In this document: in pieces, positions 6,886 to 10,552 of the stretch
Layout of the letters: each line of letters begins with the position of its first letter
Position numbering within the stretch: the first letter of the stretch is position 1
Assembly (NCBI GenBank): GCA_048882385.1
Contig: JBHLRQ010000109.1
Span: forward strand, 1-10,552
Source of the DNA: Candidatus Thorarchaeota archaeon
Lineage (GTDB): Archaea; Asgardarchaeota; Thorarchaeia; Thorarchaeales; Thorarchaeaceae
Reading direction: 5' to 3'
Length of the DNA stretch: 10,552 nucleotides
The notes under the pieces: generated by a model
Database searches by the model: none
Told to the model about the DNA's origin: nothing
Seen by the model: the letters and a program-made list of their open reading frames with translations, nothing else
Translations under genes and position numbers: made by a program

Positions 6886-7326
6886 TCAGCTTTTTGATTT
6901 CGGTTTTCTCTTCAATTGAATTAATTTCTTGATGTCCTCTACTGTACCCGTACCTGGCTGTTTGATCCACAGCCATCGCCCATCATGCAACTGCTTTGTT
7001 TCATCAAAGAGTTGCACAATATCTGTACTGAGCTTTTCTCTCATACTCTGAAACTTCTCTACTTCTTTCTTTCCAAGAATTACTTGAACTGTGAAGCCTC
7101 CATTTTCTGGATAGAACGCTGTGAGTGTTTTTCCACCCCTCCGGTATCTAATTGTCCAGCCATAGTTGTTTCCCCAATAACTCAACTCGGGTTGGAAATC
7201 ATAGTTCTCTGCTAAAAACTCCTGAAGTTCGTTCCATAATTTGGTCGCCTTCGTTCCTATGAACTCGAGTATCTGCTTCTCCGTCGGTTCAAGCTCCCCA
7301 CCAATCATCCGGTTTCTTTCGCTCAT
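6886..7326 (-). CDS. DUF3788-like protein
   Basis: GW..RYRRGGKTL..FYP....F...VILGKKE..HDGRWL..DIKKLI.LK pattern. Confidence 0.75.
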   Translation of the reverse strand: MSERNRMIGGELEPTEKQILEFIGTKATKLWNELQEFLAENYDFQPELSYWGNNYGWTIRYRRGGKTLTAFYPENGGFTVQVILGKKEVEKFQSMREKLSTDIVQLFDETKQLHDGRWLWIKQPGTGTVEDIKKLIQLKRKPKSKS

Positions 7327-7397
7327 GACTATCGTACTAAACTAGCTGTTTTCACTATTTCAAATAGATGCAAGTAAAAAAACCTGTTCACTCAAGC

Positions 7398-8570
7398 TTA
7401 ATACTTTCTGAAAGCTTTTGCAGCTGTAAACATAGCTGTGATATTCTCTGGAGGGACTTCTGCTGTGATATTATGGATATTTGATGCAATATATCCACCC
7501 CCTGGCCTCAAGCATGCCATGTTGCGTTGCACCTCTGTCCTTATTCTCTCTGGTTTTTCAAAAGGCAAAGTGCTCTGAGTATCACAAAGACCTCCCCAAA
7601 AAGTGATCATGGCTCCAAAACGTTGTTTGAGACTACATGGGTCCATGTCAGAAGCACCAATTTGAACTGGATTCACTGCATCATATCCGATCTCAGCAAA
7701 ATGAGGGATGAATCGAGATACTGCACCACAAGAATGATAGTTTATCCTCACATCTGCAAGTTTGTGCAGATTTTCTGAGAACCGTTTCTCAATCGGTTTT
7801 ATTATCGGTTCATAAATTCTCTCAGGGCTCATAATTGGACCTCTCTGTTGTGCGAGGTCTCCATTGTTGGATACAATATCAACATAGAATTCATCCCCAA
7901 ATTTGACCTCATTCAGAAATGTCTTAGCATAGTCAGTCCAATATTTCTCCAATTCCTCCATTGTGGCTACAATAAGGTCTGATCTTTTTTGTAGGTGTTT
8001 CATTGCTGTTGTGAATCCAAAGAGGAAATTTGTATACTCATAGATACACCCTAATGGCGGTGTAGCTATCGCATAATCAGTATTCTCTCTCAGTTCCTTT
8101 GCTTGTTCCCTTAGTCCCTTCAGAGATGATTTGTCAGAACCATCAGGCCAATCATATTCTCTTATCTCTTGAACTGAGTTCATCTCACATAGAGGATGAA
8201 TCACAGGATCATAGTATAGAATCTCTTTCAAGTCCTTGTCCGCACTATTTCCCCAGAACACTCCAAACTGATCCCAAATCCCTTGAAATTTACCCTCTAC
8301 CTCCGGGATGAAGTTTTCTGGAAGAATTGCAGATGGGGGATGCAACCATCTGACATCTATCTTCAGTTTCTGAAGTAACTCCTCACATGGTTTTGCAGCT
8401 TGTTGCACAAAATCACTATAGCTGATAGCTTTATCCTCTATGCTGAGAAAATCAAGAAGGTTCTTGTAAGCAATCATGTGGATGCCTGACTGGTTGCCTC
8501 CGAGGTCAAGAGGAACCATATCGGGTTCCTTGTGATTTAGAGCTGTCATTACCCGTTCTCGTGATTTCAT
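7398..8570 (-). CDS. Uroporphyrinogen decarboxylase (URO-D)/methyltransferase-like family protein
   Basis: MKSRERV..AL.H.EPD.VP start, D.FGV.W, HSCG, NPVQ, FWGG.DTQ..LP, GGGYI....HNI. Confidence 0.9.
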   Translation of the reverse strand: MKSRERVMTALNHKEPDMVPLDLGGNQSGIHMIAYKNLLDFLSIEDKAISYSDFVQQAAKPCEELLQKLKIDVRWLHPPSAILPENFIPEVEGKFQGIWDQFGVFWGNSADKDLKEILYYDPVIHPLCEMNSVQEIREYDWPDGSDKSSLKGLREQAKELRENTDYAIATPPLGCIYEYTNFLFGFTTAMKHLQKRSDLIVATMEELEKYWTDYAKTFLNEVKFGDEFYVDIVSNNGDLAQQRGPIMSPERIYEPIIKPIEKRFSENLHKLADVRINYHSCGAVSRFIPHFAEIGYDAVNPVQIGASDMDPCSLKQRFGAMITFWGGLCDTQSTLPFEKPERIRTEVQRNMACLRPGGGYIASNIHNITAEVPPENITAMFTAAKAFRKY

Positions 8571-8571
8571 G

Positions 8572-9615
8572 TTAATATCCCCCGTATTTTTCTACTACTA
8601 ACCTAGCTAGTCTGAGATTCTGTATCACTAGGTCTAAGGGCTTCCAAGGCCACTCACAACCTCCCGAATACATGTACCTTCCTTCCGGTTTGCCATCTTG
8701 AATGACTTGTATGATATTCTTCTCTATCTCTTCTTGAGTAAAAGCGGAACTCCCAAGAAGAGTTGTATTAGTGTTCCCACGTAAACACACTTTGCCACCT
8801 ACTTTCCTCTTAGCTAATTTCATATCAACTTGATAATCTATGTCAAGAATGGATGCACCTGAACTTGCAATGAGCTCGAGCATATCCCTGCCTTCTCCAT
8901 CAATAACAGAACTATTTCCACACACATGATAGAGAACAGGTACTTTCATTGATATGCTTTTGAACAAGTGGCGTGTCGGATCTAGGCAAGCTGTTTCATA
9001 ACGTTTGGGACCAATCTGGGATACCGCTGAGTCTCCCACACCAATAATCTCTGCTCCAACCTCAATCTGCATCTTGGCAAATTCAAGCTGAATTGGCAAG
9101 ATACGGTCGATTAGTTTCCTGATACGATCAATCCAGTCAGAATAGCGTGCCATCTTCAAGACGCTCATCAGCCCAAACAAACAACAAATCTCAGCAAATG
9201 GTGCTTCAATCCATCCCACAACACACTGTTCTGATCCAATCTGCTTACTTAGCAATTTCACAGCTTCTATACGGTTCTGGACCCTTATTGCAGAATCAAG
9301 ATCTGGTTCTTCAGTAGAATCAAATTCGCCCAAGGACAAGTGAGTCTTTGCCACTGGTGTATGTCCAGTAAAATCCATTTCGACTCCCCAAGCACTGGCT
9401 TCTCGATACGCATCGGTCGAAACATGTACATGGTCCAGACCAAATACAGTAGCGAGTTTAATTTGAGACTTCGCAAGCACATGGGCATCTTGACAATAGA
9501 CATTTGAATAATCAATATCATCGATAGCTGCGGCTAGGTGCATGATGAAGGGATTGAATGGGACTCTCTCTGGAACATCATCGATAGCAGTAAGCGTGAG
9601 ATTCCTCGAGTTCAT
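8572..9615 (-). CDS. URO-D family, MtaA/MtbA/CmuA-like methylcobamide methyltransferase
   Basis: EASAWG, GW.EAPF, HVCGN and C-terminal GCE (His-x-Cys...Cys Zn-ligand arrangement), CLRGN. Confidence 0.8.
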   Translation of the reverse strand: MNSRNLTLTAIDDVPERVPFNPFIMHLAAAIDDIDYSNVYCQDAHVLAKSQIKLATVFGLDHVHVSTDAYREASAWGVEMDFTGHTPVAKTHLSLGEFDSTEEPDLDSAIRVQNRIEAVKLLSKQIGSEQCVVGWIEAPFAEICCLFGLMSVLKMARYSDWIDRIRKLIDRILPIQLEFAKMQIEVGAEIIGVGDSAVSQIGPKRYETACLDPTRHLFKSISMKVPVLYHVCGNSSVIDGEGRDMLELIASSGASILDIDYQVDMKLAKRKVGGKVCLRGNTNTTLLGSSAFTQEEIEKNIIQVIQDGKPEGRYMYSGGCEWPWKPLDLVIQNLRLARLVVEKYGGY

Positions 9616-9629
9616 ATCAATCCCATTTT

Positions 9630-10552
9630 TCAGTACTCAACTCTCCATATGAGTGGTTCTTCCCGAGTGCTATCTCCCCTGATAATGAGTCGGTCTTCTT
9701 CTAGAACCAACTCAGATTTCTTCTCGTTAACAAACAACTTTGAAATTCTACTAGGCTCTTTATCACTTAGCTTTATGTTTATAGTCCAAGTCCCTGAAGC
9801 AGATGGAGAGTATCGACCTGAATACCCACTCTTTGACTTCTCTAGTTCAAGTAATGGTGACGTGAACCTATAGGTTTCAAAGGGTAACGATGGGGAGAAG
9901 TCAACACCCGAGATAGTGAACTCAATTCCCAAGAGCTTTGCAGCCGAGTAGACTGGCCATGCGTGTGGATGCATATTCATCACAGGAAAGTCTGTCCATC
10001 CCACACCCATGAATCCCTGTTCCTCCTCCTGCTGATCTTCTTCAAGTGCATCACTCACTCCACCTCTTTCCTCTACAACAATTGTTTCTCCGGGTTTATC
10101 AGAAAACTCCGAATTGTAAACATCTGGTCCACTCCAAATACCATACCATACATCAGGATATTCTTCAGCATGCTTTGATAGAGTATTACGTTTCCACTCT
10201 TCCCAAGCCATGTCTGAGTCAATCAATGCTAATGCCCATACCAGAGTTCCATTGATTGAGAGCCAGACCCCTGCATTTGTACCTATTCCTGGTTTTCCTG
10301 CCATCTTCTCAAGAGGTTCGGAGAGAATAACTGCGCCATGTTTTGAAAAACGTCTCGCGCCCTCGTTTATAGACTTCAATAGGACTTTCACTTGATTTTG
10401 GTCTGCTGCACCACCAATGATTGTCCAAGGTTGTGGTTCAAGCCACATAATATCAGTACCTACCCATCCAAGCGTATCGCTCAACCAAGCACGTTTGAAC
10501 CAATCCCCATTCCATTGTTCTTTAACAGCTTCTTGTTGCTTTCTGGCAAAGT
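9630..10552 (-). CDS. GH94-like glycoside phosphorylase/hydrolase, C-terminal part (5' end outside window)
   Basis: Frame stays open to the window edge (FARKQQEAVKEQWNGDWFKRAWLSDT); W.G.W..RA, LEPQPW, NAGVW and YGIWSGPD motifs. Confidence 0.65.
   Translation of the reverse strand, partial: FARKQQEAVKEQWNGDWFKRAWLSDTLGWVGTDIMWLEPQPWTIIGGAADQNQVKVLLKSINEGARRFSKHGAVILSEPLEKMAGKPGIGTNAGVWLSINGTLVWALALIDSDMAWEEWKRNTLSKHAEEYPDVWYGIWSGPDVYNSEFSDKPGETIVVEERGGVSDALEEDQQEEEQGFMGVGWTDFPVMNMHPHAWPVYSAAKLLGIEFTISGVDFSPSLPFETYRFTSPLLELEKSKSGYSGRYSPSASGTWTINIKLSDKEPSRISKLFVNEKKSELVLEEDRLIIRGDSTREEPLIWRVEY

Noticed and set aside
7398-9615. Assigning hemE or mtaA symbols
   Set aside because: Only family-level motifs are visible; substrate cannot be determined.
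1119-10395. Antisense and alternate-frame ORFs in the track (e.g. 1119-1412, 2840-3178, 3905-4171, 4610-4960, 5851-6147, 9538-9873)
   Set aside because: Shadows of better-supported genes.
9630-10484. Complete 284-aa gene starting at 10484
   Set aside because: The frame is open to the window edge with conserved-looking sequence; the TTG is internal.
1-10552. CRISPR array, transposase/integrase, or Sec/Pyl readthrough
   Set aside because: No regularly spaced repeats, no recombinase motifs, and no interrupted gene needing recoding were seen.

Overview
Archaeal window, plausibly Asgard/Thorarchaeota-like; the lineage is an inference from tRNA style, BHB introns and gene content. The most unusual content is RNA. 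(i) A minus-strand tRNA-Val(GAC) carries two introns, one canonical at 37/38 with a perfect bulge-helix-bulge and one non-canonical in the D-arm. (ii) A degenerate, intron-less copy of that tRNA's 3' half lies ~1.8 kb downstream, bracketing an orphan ferredoxin-repeat gene like an att-bounded islet. (iii) A tandem pair of paralogous tRNA genes, 2 nt apart, have Val-type bodies but Ile anticodons (UAU and GAU), with a consistent C-to-T signature. Protein genes: dUTPase, a PadR regulator plus HAAS-type membrane protein with a PadR-type operator, a TIGR04076-like protein, an FTR1 iron permease, a DUF3788-like protein, two URO-D/MtaA-family proteins, the 3' part of a GH94-like enzyme, and several small membrane proteins. 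Family calls come from motif recognition only; no database searches were run.
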